DNA of 64,000 nt from a virus (taxonomy: Duplodnaviria > Heunggongvirae > Uroviricota > Caudoviricetes): the IMG/VR virus record IMGVR_UViG_3300001336_000001, positions 170,836 through 234,835 of that record; one strand, 5' to 3'. A model generated the notes under the pieces. It was given only the letters and a program-made list of their open reading frames with translations, was not told where the DNA came from and did no database searches. The translations under genes were made by a program, and so were the position numbers. Shown here one piece after another: positions 40,001 through 47,663 of this stretch (position 1 is its first letter; every line of letters starts with the position of its first letter).

Positions 40001-41156
40001 TACCACTAGAGCCACCGCTTCCTGAGGTGCCTGATGTTCCTGATGAACCTCCAGAACCAGATGTACCACTAGAACCTCCTGAACCAGAAGTTCCTGAAGT
40101 GCCAGCATCAGTTCTACTCTCAACTTGACCCGTAGTAGTGTTTACAACTAAAACTTGGTTAGATGTACTACCACTCGGTACATCCAATATATGTATAGTA
40201 TTTGTATTAGTATCACCAGTAACAATTAAGTCACCACTTACTGTATAATCACCATTTAAAATCTTTGTGTATTCCCATACACTATTAGTTGAATTAAATG
40301 ATATTAAGTCGCCATTTGTTTCGCCACTGGTTTGTAAATTATGTAAATCATTTAATTTTTTACCTAAATCAGGTCTTACGAATATTGAACCGTTAGCATC
40401 AGCTTTAATAACTAAAGCCATCTCTATTTTAAGATTTGGTTCGATAGGTTCAAATTTAGTTAAACCACCTGCTATTGTTGGTGAAACATATAAAATATCA
40501 CCATCAACCCAAGTTTCACCATATAATGAACCAGTAGTATCTATATTTCTAACTAAACCAAAATTAGTAACATAACCATCATCACCATTATCAATATCTT
40601 GTGTCACAATACCCATTGTAAAATAATAAGGTATTGTATCGTCAGCAATCATGTAGTCAGCTAATATCCTACCAGAATTACCCAAAGTACCAGCCGCTCT
40701 TATTACTTTACCGTTATCTAATTGAGAACCAGTTTGGTTTTTAACTAAAAAATATTGTTCTAATCCTATTTGTTGGGTAACTTCACCATTGTTACCCATA
40801 CCTATTTCTAAAGTACCATCATCAACAGACCAATTAAGTCTACCAATTACATGTTGTGAGTTACCAGAATAATTTGTGTTAAAATCTATATAATCAACAT
40901 CAGAAATTGTATTAACAGTCAACCCACTATTAATAGTCACAGCCCCGTCAACAGTACCACCAGATATTATAGATAATCTATCCCAACCTATTTGTCTAAC
41001 TTCTTGAGGAGCTGTATCACCCGATGTGTATATAGTGTACATCTTAGCGTCAGCTGTATTTAACGCAACCTCGCCTGTTGTTAACCCACTTAATGGTGGT
41101 ATTTTATTAGGTACATTCGACCTCTTTAAAAGGAACGTATTCTTTCTATTTGCCAT
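34044..41156 (-). CDS. giant fibre protein with an ~1807-residue proline-free Gly-X-Y (GTS/GSG) repeat
   Basis: N-terminal fibre-anchor-like motif (LKRS..P..L..GEVALNTAD); repeat core; NVGIGTTSP and beta-rich C-terminus. Confidence 0.85.
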   Translation of the reverse strand: MANRKNTFLLKRSNVPNKIPPLSGLTTGEVALNTADAKMYTIYTSGDTAPQEVRQIGWDRLSIISGGTVDGAVTINSGLTVNTISDVDYIDFNTNYSGNSQHVIGRLNWSVDDGTLEIGMGNNGEVTQQIGLEQYFLVKNQTGSQLDNGKVIRAAGTLGNSGRILADYMIADDTIPYYFTMGIVTQDIDNGDDGYVTNFGLVRNIDTTGSLYGETWVDGDILYVSPTIAGGLTKFEPIEPNLKIEMALVIKADANGSIFVRPDLGKKLNDLHNLQTSGETNGDLISFNSTNSVWEYTKILNGDYTVSGDLIVTGDTNTNTIHILDVPSGSTSNQVLVVNTTTGQVESRTDAGTSGTSGSGGSSGTSGSGGSSGTSGTSGSGGSSGTSGSGGTSGTSGSGGTSGSGGTSGTSGSGGTSGTSGSSGSSGTSGSGGTSGVDGTNGTGGTSGSSGTSGSSGTNGTGGTSGIDGTSGSGGTSGIDGTNGTGGSSGSSGTSGSGGSSGTSGVNGTSGVNGTSGTSGVNGTSGINGTSGVNGTSGSGGTSGTSGINGTSGSGGTSGVNGTSGINGTSGVNGTSGTSGSGGTSGVNGTSGSGGSSGSSGTSGTSGSGGSSGTSGSGGTSGSGGSSGTSGSGGTSGVNGTSGTSGSGGTSGTSGSSGSSGTSGSGGTSGSGGTSGASGSGGSSGTSGSSGSSGTSGSSGTSGTSGSGGTSGVDGTGGSSGTSGVNGTSGSSGTSGTSGSGGTSGSSGTSGIDGTSGTGGSSGSSGTSGSGGTSGSGGTSGTSGSGGTSGVDGTSGTGGSSGSSGTSGTSGSSGTSGTSGSGGTSGVNGTSGSGGTSGVNGTSGSGGTSGTSGSGGSSGSSGTSGSSGTSGSGGSSGTSGVNGTSGVNGTSGVNGTSGTSGSGGSSGTSGSGGTSGVNGTSGSGGTSGTSGINGASGINGTSGTSGSGGTSGINGTNGTGGTSGTSGSGGTSGLGGSSGTSGSGGTSGIDGTSGTSGSGGTSGTSGSSGTSGIDGTSGSSGTSGSSGTSGVDGTSGSSGTSGSSGTSGIDGSSGTSGVDGSSGTSGTSGINGTNGTGGTSGSSGSGGSSGTSGIDGTSGTGGTSGTSGSGGTSGIDGTNGTGGTSGSSGTSGVNGTSGTSGSSGTSGTSGTSGSSGNNGTSGTGGSSGTSGVNGTNGTGGSSGTSGIDGTSGIDGTSGSSGIDGTNGTGGSSGTSGIDGTNGTGGSSGIDGTNGTDGTSGTSGSGGTSGVNGTNGTGGSSGSSGASGTSGTSAIDGTNGTSGTSGTSGSSGSSGIDGTSGIDGTSGSSGTSGIDGTSGVNGTSGTSGSSGIDGTNGLNGTSGIDGTNGTGGTSGIDGTNGTGGTSGIDGTNGTGGTSGTSGSDGSSGSSGTSGIDGTSGSSGTSGSSGTSGVDGSSGTSGVDGTNGTGGTSGSSGSGGSSGTSGIDGANGTGGTSGINGTSGSGGTSGTSGIDGTSGSGGTSGINGTSGINGTSGTSGSGGTSGVNGTSGTSGVDGTSGIDGTSGSGGTSGSSGTSGSSGTSGSSGTSGSGGTSGTSGSSGTSGSGGTSGVNGTSGTSGSGGSSGTSGSGGTSGTSGSGGTSGTSGSGGTSGVNGTSGSGGTSGTSGSGGTSGTSGSSGVNGTSGVNGTSGTSGTSGSGGTSGVNGTSGVNGTSGVNGTSGTSGSGGTSGTRGTSGSGGTSGINGTSGVNGTSGSGGTSGTSGNSGTSGSGGTSGVNGTSGSGGTSGIDGTNGTGGTSGTSGSGGTSGVGGSSGSSGTSGTSGTSGSGGSSGIDGTSGTSGSGGTSGTGGSGGTSGINGTSGTSGSGGTSGIDGTSGTSGTSGSGGTSGTSGSGGTSGTSGSGGTSGIDGTNGIGGTSGTSGSSGSGGSSGTSGIDGISGTSGSSGSGGTSGSGGTSGVNGTSGTSGSGGTSGTSGSGGSSGSSGTSGSGGTSGTSGTSGSGGTSGSSGTSGSSGTSGINGTSGTSGINGTSGTSGSGGTSGVNGTSGINGTSGVNGTSGISGINGTSGSSGTSGSGGTSGTSGSGGTSGVDGTSGINGTNGTGGTSGIDGTNGTGGSGGTSGVNGTSGTSGSSGTSGSSGASGSSGTSGVDGTSGSSGTSGSSGTSGVDGTSGSSGASGSSGTSGVDGTSGSSGTSGFLSPGLVAGNTPFWNGSSWVLNSSNIFNNGTNVGIGTTSPDAKLDVHGDVEISGTTSGATLFNVVGSSGQLFSVDDNLIGDIFSVNDISGIPILTVNSDDRVQIDGSLLMNTSINIGLVAGTNVCTTFDSTLGQAAYFDYYVMSGTTLRAGTVIAVWDGTNVEFTDTSTADLGSSTSNVSFSVDISSGDVRLLGDIVAGGGTWTIKTGVRII
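34683..40103 (-). repeat. Gly-X-Y triplet repeat, ~602 triplets with degenerate codons
   Basis: 5421 nt = 1807 codons from first to last Gly; only one Gly-position substitution (AID) seen. Confidence 0.92.
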
Positions 41157-41307
41157 ATTTATGACTATTAATATTTTAACCTTATTTAAGGTATTTTATG
41201 TGAATTGTAAAGATTATATAACCTACCTAAATAAATATGTTAAGCAAACAAAAAAAGAGGAGTAAATTCCTTTTTTTTATAAGTTATTATTTTAAATTTT
41301 ATTATAA

Positions 41308-41335
41308 TAAAAAAGGATGGGGAAACCCATCCTTT
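41308..41335 (-). terminator. intrinsic terminator
   Basis: AAAGGATGGG-GAAA-CCCATCCTTT with a U-tract on the minus strand; second weaker hairpin at ~41250-41278. Confidence 0.75.
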
Positions 41336-41382
41336 AATAAATATATAGTTTTTTGAAAAAGTAGTAAGTACCACGGACAACA

Positions 41383-43356
41383 TCAATAAATACCTCCATC
41401 TAAAATATCTCCCTCAGCCAAAACCCTTACACCATCAGGGTCACCGAAGTTAACTGGACTACTATTTCTAATAACAATGTCATTTAACTGAGTAACCCAA
41501 CCTCTATTTTCAAATCCAGTAGTTGATGTGTATTCAGATGTGTCACCACTAATACTTGAACCTTGTAACTGACCAATACCAATTTTAACATCTTGACCAG
41601 AAACACCACCACCATCTTGAATTAAAATACCAGAACCAATAGATGTACTACTTGTATCACCAGTTGGGTTATAGTTTAATTCTATTTGAGGGTCTTCAAT
41701 GTATAATTCAGAGGTTGATATTGTTGTAGTATCACCAAATACTGTTAAATCACCATGCACGACCAAATCACCAATACCTGATGCGGATGTTGAACCACCT
41801 GAACCAATAACTAAACCACCCTGACCAATATTAGCAGTTGTTCCAGAAGGGTTATTAACAAATATGTTACCAACAGTTAATAAGTCAGTTACATCATTAT
41901 ATTCAAATCCAGCTTCATCTGTTAATTCACCATTTGTACCTACATAAACAACTCTACCTGGTGTTAAGTTATCAAAGGTTAATCCAGAAACTGAAGTTAT
42001 TGAAGTATTAAACGATGAACCATCATTGTTAAATATTGTAAAGGTATTTGTTGTGTCATCATATGTAAAACCAGTTACAGAAACATCAGTCAACCCAGTT
42101 ATCACTACTGGGGTTTCATTAGCTCTATCTAATGTTAAGGTACCATTATTATCCACATATGATACCGTACCACCACTAACGAATATATCATTATTAGCCG
42201 TATAACCAGTAACGAACGCAACATTAGCAATCTCATCACCATCAGTACCACTAACTGTTTCAGTGTATAATGACAAACAATTTAAGTTTGTATCACCAGT
42301 TACAGTTAAAGGTCCGTTAATTGTTAAACCACTAACTTCGTTAATTGATACCGTTAAATCTGGTTGACCTTCATTCCTAGAGATTATTAAGGTATTATTT
42401 GATGGGTTATATGTAAACCCTGTTGTGAATGTATCATTAACATCTAAAGCACTTAAATCTAACGTGTAAGCTGAAAGTGATTCATTAGTATCAAAATATG
42501 CTGTACTACCCACTAAAGTTGCTCCAGTTGTTTTAACATCAGTAAAACCTGTTATAACAACATCGTTACCATCGTTATCAGTTAGTGTTAATGTACCATT
42601 AAGATTATTAGAATCATAACCTAAAGTACCACCAGTAATAAAAGTATCATTTACATCAATACTAGATAAATTAACAGTAAATTGTGGAAAATTATTAGCC
42701 CCACTAAATGATATTAATGCTGTGTTGTTATCATAAGTACCACCAGTAACGTATTTATCAGTAGTTGACGTATGGGCAGTTAATGATGACCAGTTTACCA
42801 ACTCATCATTATTTGAACCATTAGCAACACCATTATACGTAGCAGTACCAGTTATTATTAAATCATTAACAATCTGCTCCCCCTCAACAAATAAATCACC
42901 ACTAACTGTTAAAGCACTAAATGCGTCAATTGTAACATTTACTGATGGTTTACCTAAATTTAAATCTAAAGTTAGTTGATTTGGTGTCCAAGTAACACCT
43001 GTAACATATGAGTCAGTTGATTGTGCAATATCTGCTATATCAGCAAGAACAAAACCATTAGTTGTACCAGATAAAAATTTACCAACTAAATCTGCACCAG
43101 ATTCTCCCTCATATTGTGTTATTCTATTTCTTAATCTTAAATCGAATAGATTAGAACCAACTTCAAAATATGTTGATTCAGTAGCACCAGTACCTGCTGG
43201 TGTCCATCCAGATGTTGATGTTGTATTACCTGAGTAATAAAGTATACCATCAGCGGTATTAACGATTGCCTCACCCGATAGCAAACCATTACTCGGTAAT
43301 GGTCTATTTACAATATTACTATTTTTAGTAATTAATGTTGTACTTCTAATTGCCAT
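41383..43356 (-). CDS. tail fibre-like protein with VTG(G/F)T repeats
   Basis: Same anchor-like N-terminus (GEAIVNTADG); D..VTG.TY repeats; ends ILDGGIY. Confidence 0.7.
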   Translation of the reverse strand: MAIRSTTLITKNSNIVNRPLPSNGLLSGEAIVNTADGILYYSGNTTSTSGWTPAGTGATESTYFEVGSNLFDLRLRNRITQYEGESGADLVGKFLSGTTNGFVLADIADIAQSTDSYVTGVTWTPNQLTLDLNLGKPSVNVTIDAFSALTVSGDLFVEGEQIVNDLIITGTATYNGVANGSNNDELVNWSSLTAHTSTTDKYVTGGTYDNNTALISFSGANNFPQFTVNLSSIDVNDTFITGGTLGYDSNNLNGTLTLTDNDGNDVVITGFTDVKTTGATLVGSTAYFDTNESLSAYTLDLSALDVNDTFTTGFTYNPSNNTLIISRNEGQPDLTVSINEVSGLTINGPLTVTGDTNLNCLSLYTETVSGTDGDEIANVAFVTGYTANNDIFVSGGTVSYVDNNGTLTLDRANETPVVITGLTDVSVTGFTYDDTTNTFTIFNNDGSSFNTSITSVSGLTFDNLTPGRVVYVGTNGELTDEAGFEYNDVTDLLTVGNIFVNNPSGTTANIGQGGLVIGSGGSTSASGIGDLVVHGDLTVFGDTTTISTSELYIEDPQIELNYNPTGDTSSTSIGSGILIQDGGGVSGQDVKIGIGQLQGSSISGDTSEYTSTTGFENRGWVTQLNDIVIRNSSPVNFGDPDGVRVLAEGDILDGGIY

Positions 43357-43399
43357 TTTTTTGTTTTATTTATAAATATTATCATTATTGTAATTGTTT

Positions 43400-43789
43400 T
43401 TAAAAAATACCACCGTTAAGAATATCATTTTGTATAACAGAACTATCAGCGGTTATATTTCGTTGATTACCATCACTATCTACCCCTAAATTTAAATTTG
43501 GTGTGTTAACAACTTCAGTTGAAGTCCACACACTTGAGGTACCACTAATCGTGTTGACATCCCTAAATCTCCTAATATTAGTACCAAGAGTTAAAACACC
43601 ATCTTCATTAGGTATAATATCCATATATGGAGTTATAGTGTCACCACTAAACGTGAACACTTTATTACCATTACAACTAAATATTAGGTCAGTAGTATAG
43701 GCACTACAAGGTAACACAGGTATTACTGGTTTAGCACCTATTATAAATGTTTTGTTTAAACTGATATTTCCACTTCCACAATCAACCAT
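43400..43789 (-). CDS. small structural protein (collar/fibre adaptor?)
   Basis: 129 aa; IIP..DG..TLG..RRF; ends ILNGGIF; coupled to the upstream gene. Confidence 0.6.
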   Translation of the reverse strand: MVDCGSGNISLNKTFIIGAKPVIPVLPCSAYTTDLIFSCNGNKVFTFSGDTITPYMDIIPNEDGVLTLGTNIRRFRDVNTISGTSSVWTSTEVVNTPNLNLGVDSDGNQRNITADSSVIQNDILNGGIF

Positions 43790-44856
43790 TAAATACTATT
43801 TCCATTTAATGTAAAATAGGAATTACCCGTATTATTTATTCTATAAATTTTTATCTTTATAGTATCATTTTGTTTAAACTCTATATTGTTAGTAAGTTCA
43901 ATACCACTAAATATTAAATTACCATTAACAAACATTTCAATATTTGATATGTTATCTAGGTTATCTATTTTATAGAATTCACTATTATAATATGAATTAA
44001 AAATAAATTCATCGATATTATCAGATGGGGATGGTGCGTGTTTAAATAAAAAATTAAACACTATAGTCTTATCAACTTTACATGTTTTAACTTTAAATTT
44101 AACAGAATCAGCCGAATCAAATAATTCAGTCATAACCATAGCCCTATTAACGGTGGGGATAACCTCATAATCCTCCTCATCCTGTATATATCCATAAACA
44201 ACCATTTCATAAGGTTGCACGTAAAACCTTCTATTTTCGAAATCATCAATATTACTTTCATCACCAATACCCTCTAAATGTACGGGCATAGGGTGACCAT
44301 TAACACCAATATAATATTGTCTAGATTGAAATATTCTTTGAACCAATTGATTTAACTTGTTCAAATCCCTCATTCTGTTACAGAACAATCTAACCTCATA
44401 GTTTAAATCCACTGATGTTGGTTGTGGTATTTTATAAACATCAACTCCCCTTCTACCACCCTCAAACGTTGGTACTTTCATATACGTGTATGTTCGTCTA
44501 CCTGGGATATTAAATAACCCAGCCTGATTTTGACCGACTTGTGGGTTAGGTTGTCTAACAATAGTGATGAAGGGCATTTTTATATCCTTATATTTATCAG
44601 CAAATTGCCAAGATTTACTAAATTCAGACCACCTTTGTAGTGTTAAAAATAATACAGGTACCTTATCACCATCAATAGTTATGGATAAATCTTTCTCAAC
44701 GAAGTTTATAAAAGATGAATCAATATCTTCATAACCAACACCTCTAGGTAAAAAGGTTCCCTTACGACTAATATCGTCTAACAGTCCCTGTCTTCTTTCA
44801 TATCCAACATCAACCCTATTTAATTTAATATCTTTTCTAAATCCTTTCGGTACCAT
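43789..44856 (-). CDS. tail terminator / head-tail joining protein (gp15-like)
   Basis: KVPV..QRW..MPFITIVR..PTSVDLNYEV..LNKL; follows a gp14-like gene. Confidence 0.6.
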   Translation of the reverse strand: MVPKGFRKDIKLNRVDVGYERRQGLLDDISRKGTFLPRGVGYEDIDSSFINFVEKDLSITIDGDKVPVLFLTLQRWSEFSKSWQFADKYKDIKMPFITIVRQPNPQVGQNQAGLFNIPGRRTYTYMKVPTFEGGRRGVDVYKIPQPTSVDLNYEVRLFCNRMRDLNKLNQLVQRIFQSRQYYIGVNGHPMPVHLEGIGDESNIDDFENRRFYVQPYEMVVYGYIQDEEDYEVIPTVNRAMVMTELFDSADSVKFKVKTCKVDKTIVFNFLFKHAPSPSDNIDEFIFNSYYNSEFYKIDNLDNISNIEMFVNGNLIFSGIELTNNIEFKQNDTIKIKIYRINNTGNSYFTLNGNSI

Positions 44857-44859
44857 TTA

Positions 44860-45384
44860 TTAAGTAGCTTTAAATTCATTATAATCTATTGGCGCACAAA
44901 CAACAGTTCTAAACGCACCCTTATACCCCATAATAGTGTGTTGATTATCATAATTTTTTTTACCATCATTAACAACACTAAAATATCTAATTTCAGCTTC
45001 ATTAACAACATAACCAATATAATCCCCATAACCCAATTCAACATCCAATTCAGCTAATTGGGCATCATAAATACCAAAAGTTAATTGACCGTCTTGTAAG
45101 TACCTTAAAGACCCAGAACCACTATTATATGTTTTGTTTTCAGCTTGAGCCAATGTTGGTATGACTTTTAACTCAACTGGTGGTAAAAAACGAATACCAT
45201 CAACACCAGCTTCATTATACACATCATCCGATGAGGTCAAAGTTCTATCAACACGATATAATATAACAGTAAAATTACCATCAACCTCAATAGCTTCCCT
45301 ACCAAATTTTATCTCTAAATCGAAATCTTCACGGGTAAAAAATTTATTATTCCTTGTTATTGGTATAATCCTCTGTCTACTCAT
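44860..45384 (-). CDS. neck/head-closure protein (gp14-like)
   Basis: VILYRVD..DDVYNEA..RFLPPVEL..GDYI; neck-gene context. Confidence 0.6.
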   Translation of the reverse strand: MSRQRIIPITRNNKFFTREDFDLEIKFGREAIEVDGNFTVILYRVDRTLTSSDDVYNEAGVDGIRFLPPVELKVIPTLAQAENKTYNSGSGSLRYLQDGQLTFGIYDAQLAELDVELGYGDYIGYVVNEAEIRYFSVVNDGKKNYDNQHTIMGYKGAFRTVVCAPIDYNEFKAT

Positions 45385-45516
45385 TTATGCTTTTATTGAT
45401 AAATATTAAGAATAAAGTAATTTACCCATTTAATATTTATTTTTATAAAAAAATAATTATATATATAGGTATTTATGATTTAGTGATAATTTTTAAAGTA
45501 AAAAAACAATGTAAAA

Positions 45517-47361
45517 TTGATAAATTTAGAAGAAATAGGTGGGTATTCATCAACATCAAAATTAAAAGAGTATAATGGTAAAAACCCATACATTTTGAAG
45601 TTGAAGAAAAAATTGTTAAGTGATGGTAAAATTTCACTTACTGATAACCAAATTAAGTATATTAGAGATAATTTTGATAATGAACCAGTTTTAGTTAATA
45701 AAATTGTTAGGATAGCCGAATACTTAGGTGAATCATTAGAAAAACAGTACGAACTACCATTTAGACCAGAAAAAATACTAATAGAATACGTGTTAGCTGA
45801 AGACGATAAGACTTATCACGTTTATGGTAAATTAACTAGAAAGCAAGCAAAATCTAAAATGTATTTTATACCCAAAAATCAAGTTCTAGATGACCCATAT
45901 TTTGAAGAAATAGATATCGATGTTGACTTTGAAAAATATGAAAAGATAGACCAATTTGTAAATACCGATGGGACCATTGGTCGAAAAGTATTAGAAAAAC
46001 AAAAAGAGGGTATTAAGTTCTTATTAACTAGAAAAGGTGCTATTTTAGCAGACCAGATGGGGTCGGGAAAAACCATGCAATCAACAATTGCTGCAATTGA
46101 AAGTGGTGCTAAAAAAATATTAATAGTCTGCCCAACATCTGCTAAAATAAATTGGCAAAGAGAATTGAATTATTTACAAGAATTTGATGTTAGTATTATT
46201 AGTGGTAGTAAATATAAAACAGCTAAATTTGTTATAATTAATTATGATATACTTAAAAATTTTCATACTTTAAAGGGTGAAGAAAAAGACGGAATACCAC
46301 CAAATAGACAATTAGTTAATGATAAGTTTGATTTATGTATAATTGATGAAGCACATAACCTTAAAAATCATAAAAGTATTAGAGGTGCTATAATGCGTGA
46401 ATTATGTGTTGATTATCACATAGAAAGGGTTTGGTTACTAAGTGGTACACCTGTAGCAAATAGACCTATGGATTTTTATAATTTATTAACATTAATAAAA
46501 TCACCAATAGTTAAAAATTGGAAACATTATGTTACAAGGTATTGTGATGGTAAACAAATTAGCACCAAAACTAAAAACGGTAAATTTAGAAAAATATGGT
46601 TAACTGATGGTGCCTCAAATCTCGAAGAACTATCTATTAAAACTAGAAATGTTTTATTAAGAAGATTAACACATGAGTTTTCCGATATGCCAGAAAAAAC
46701 AGTCACACCATTATATTATAATATGGACAAGTCTCAAGAAGCTGAATATAATTCGCTTTGGGATGAATATTTGGTAGAAAGAAAAAAACAAAAGAAAAAA
46801 GGTAAAATAGAAAGGGAATTAGTTGAATTATCATTACTTAGAAAGTACATAGCAATGGAAACTATACCAAAAACAATAGAATTAGTTGATGATATGATTT
46901 CACAAGGTAATAAAGTTGTTATTTTTACTTGTTTTACTGAAGAATTATTAACACTATCAGAATATTACGGTAAAAATTGTGTTGTTCATTATGGTGAAAT
47001 GAATAATAAAGATAAACAAGCATCAGTTGACCGATTTCAAAAAGAGGGTGGCCCAATGGTATTTATTGGTAATATAATATCAGCTGGTGTTGCCATAACC
47101 TTAACAAGGTCAAATTATATGGTCTTTAATTCATTTGACTGGGTTCCTGGTAATATTGAACAAGCTGAATTTAGGATTTACAGAATCGGACAAAAAAACA
47201 ATGTTAAAATATATTACAATTTGTTTAATGACACAATTATAACTAGAATGTGGGGAACAATAAAATATAAACAAGAAATAATAAATACAATACTCAATGA
47301 TTATACTAATAACGAATATTCATTAATTGAGGATATAATAGATTATACTTTAGAAAATTAA
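45517..47361 (+). CDS. SNF2-family (HARP/ZRANB3-like) helicase
   Basis: LADQMGSGKT, IIDEAH, LSGTP, AGVAITLT, WVPG..EQAE.R.YRIGQ; TTG start. Confidence 0.9.
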   Translation: MINLEEIGGYSSTSKLKEYNGKNPYILKLKKKLLSDGKISLTDNQIKYIRDNFDNEPVLVNKIVRIAEYLGESLEKQYELPFRPEKILIEYVLAEDDKTYHVYGKLTRKQAKSKMYFIPKNQVLDDPYFEEIDIDVDFEKYEKIDQFVNTDGTIGRKVLEKQKEGIKFLLTRKGAILADQMGSGKTMQSTIAAIESGAKKILIVCPTSAKINWQRELNYLQEFDVSIISGSKYKTAKFVIINYDILKNFHTLKGEEKDGIPPNRQLVNDKFDLCIIDEAHNLKNHKSIRGAIMRELCVDYHIERVWLLSGTPVANRPMDFYNLLTLIKSPIVKNWKHYVTRYCDGKQISTKTKNGKFRKIWLTDGASNLEELSIKTRNVLLRRLTHEFSDMPEKTVTPLYYNMDKSQEAEYNSLWDEYLVERKKQKKKGKIERELVELSLLRKYIAMETIPKTIELVDDMISQGNKVVIFTCFTEELLTLSEYYGKNCVVHYGEMNNKDKQASVDRFQKEGGPMVFIGNIISAGVAITLTRSNYMVFNSFDWVPGNIEQAEFRIYRIGQKNNVKIYYNLFNDTIITRMWGTIKYKQEIINTILNDYTNNEYSLIEDIIDYTLEN

Positions 47362-47365
47362 AAAA

Positions 47366-47623
47366 ATGGTTAGATTATATGGGTTTGAAAAATGCCCTTA
47401 CTGTAAAGAGTTAAGAGGATTACTAGAAAGTAATAATGTTAAATACGACTATGTAGATGTAACATTATCAGACAATGAAAAAGAATCAAATAGAATATTT
47501 GAGATAGCTGGTGAAGAAACAGTTCCGATTGTATTAGTTGATAAAACAGTTTTAGTACCAGATAAATCATTTAAAACAATACAAGAGGCATACGAACTAA
47601 CTAAAAAATTTTTAAACGATTAG
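47366..47623 (+). CDS. glutaredoxin-like protein
   Basis: CPYC motif and TVP cis-Pro motif; 85 aa. Confidence 0.85.
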   Translation: MVRLYGFEKCPYCKELRGLLESNNVKYDYVDVTLSDNEKESNRIFEIAGEETVPIVLVDKTVLVPDKSFKTIQEAYELTKKFLND

Positions 47624-47663
47624 TTAAAGATGTAAAACGGGTTAGAAAATGTAAATTTAACTA

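Noticed and set aside
34683-40103. Repeat region as a CRISPR array or DNA satellite
   Set aside because: No constant repeat with unique spacers; periodicity is at the protein level with varied synonymous codons
34960-40128. 1722-aa antisense Pro/Glu/Val ORF and the other short ORFs over the repeat
   Set aside because: A stop in this antisense frame needs sense TAx or CAx codons (Tyr, His, Gln), which the GTS repeat lacks. The open frame is therefore a by-product, and no promoter or start context supports it.
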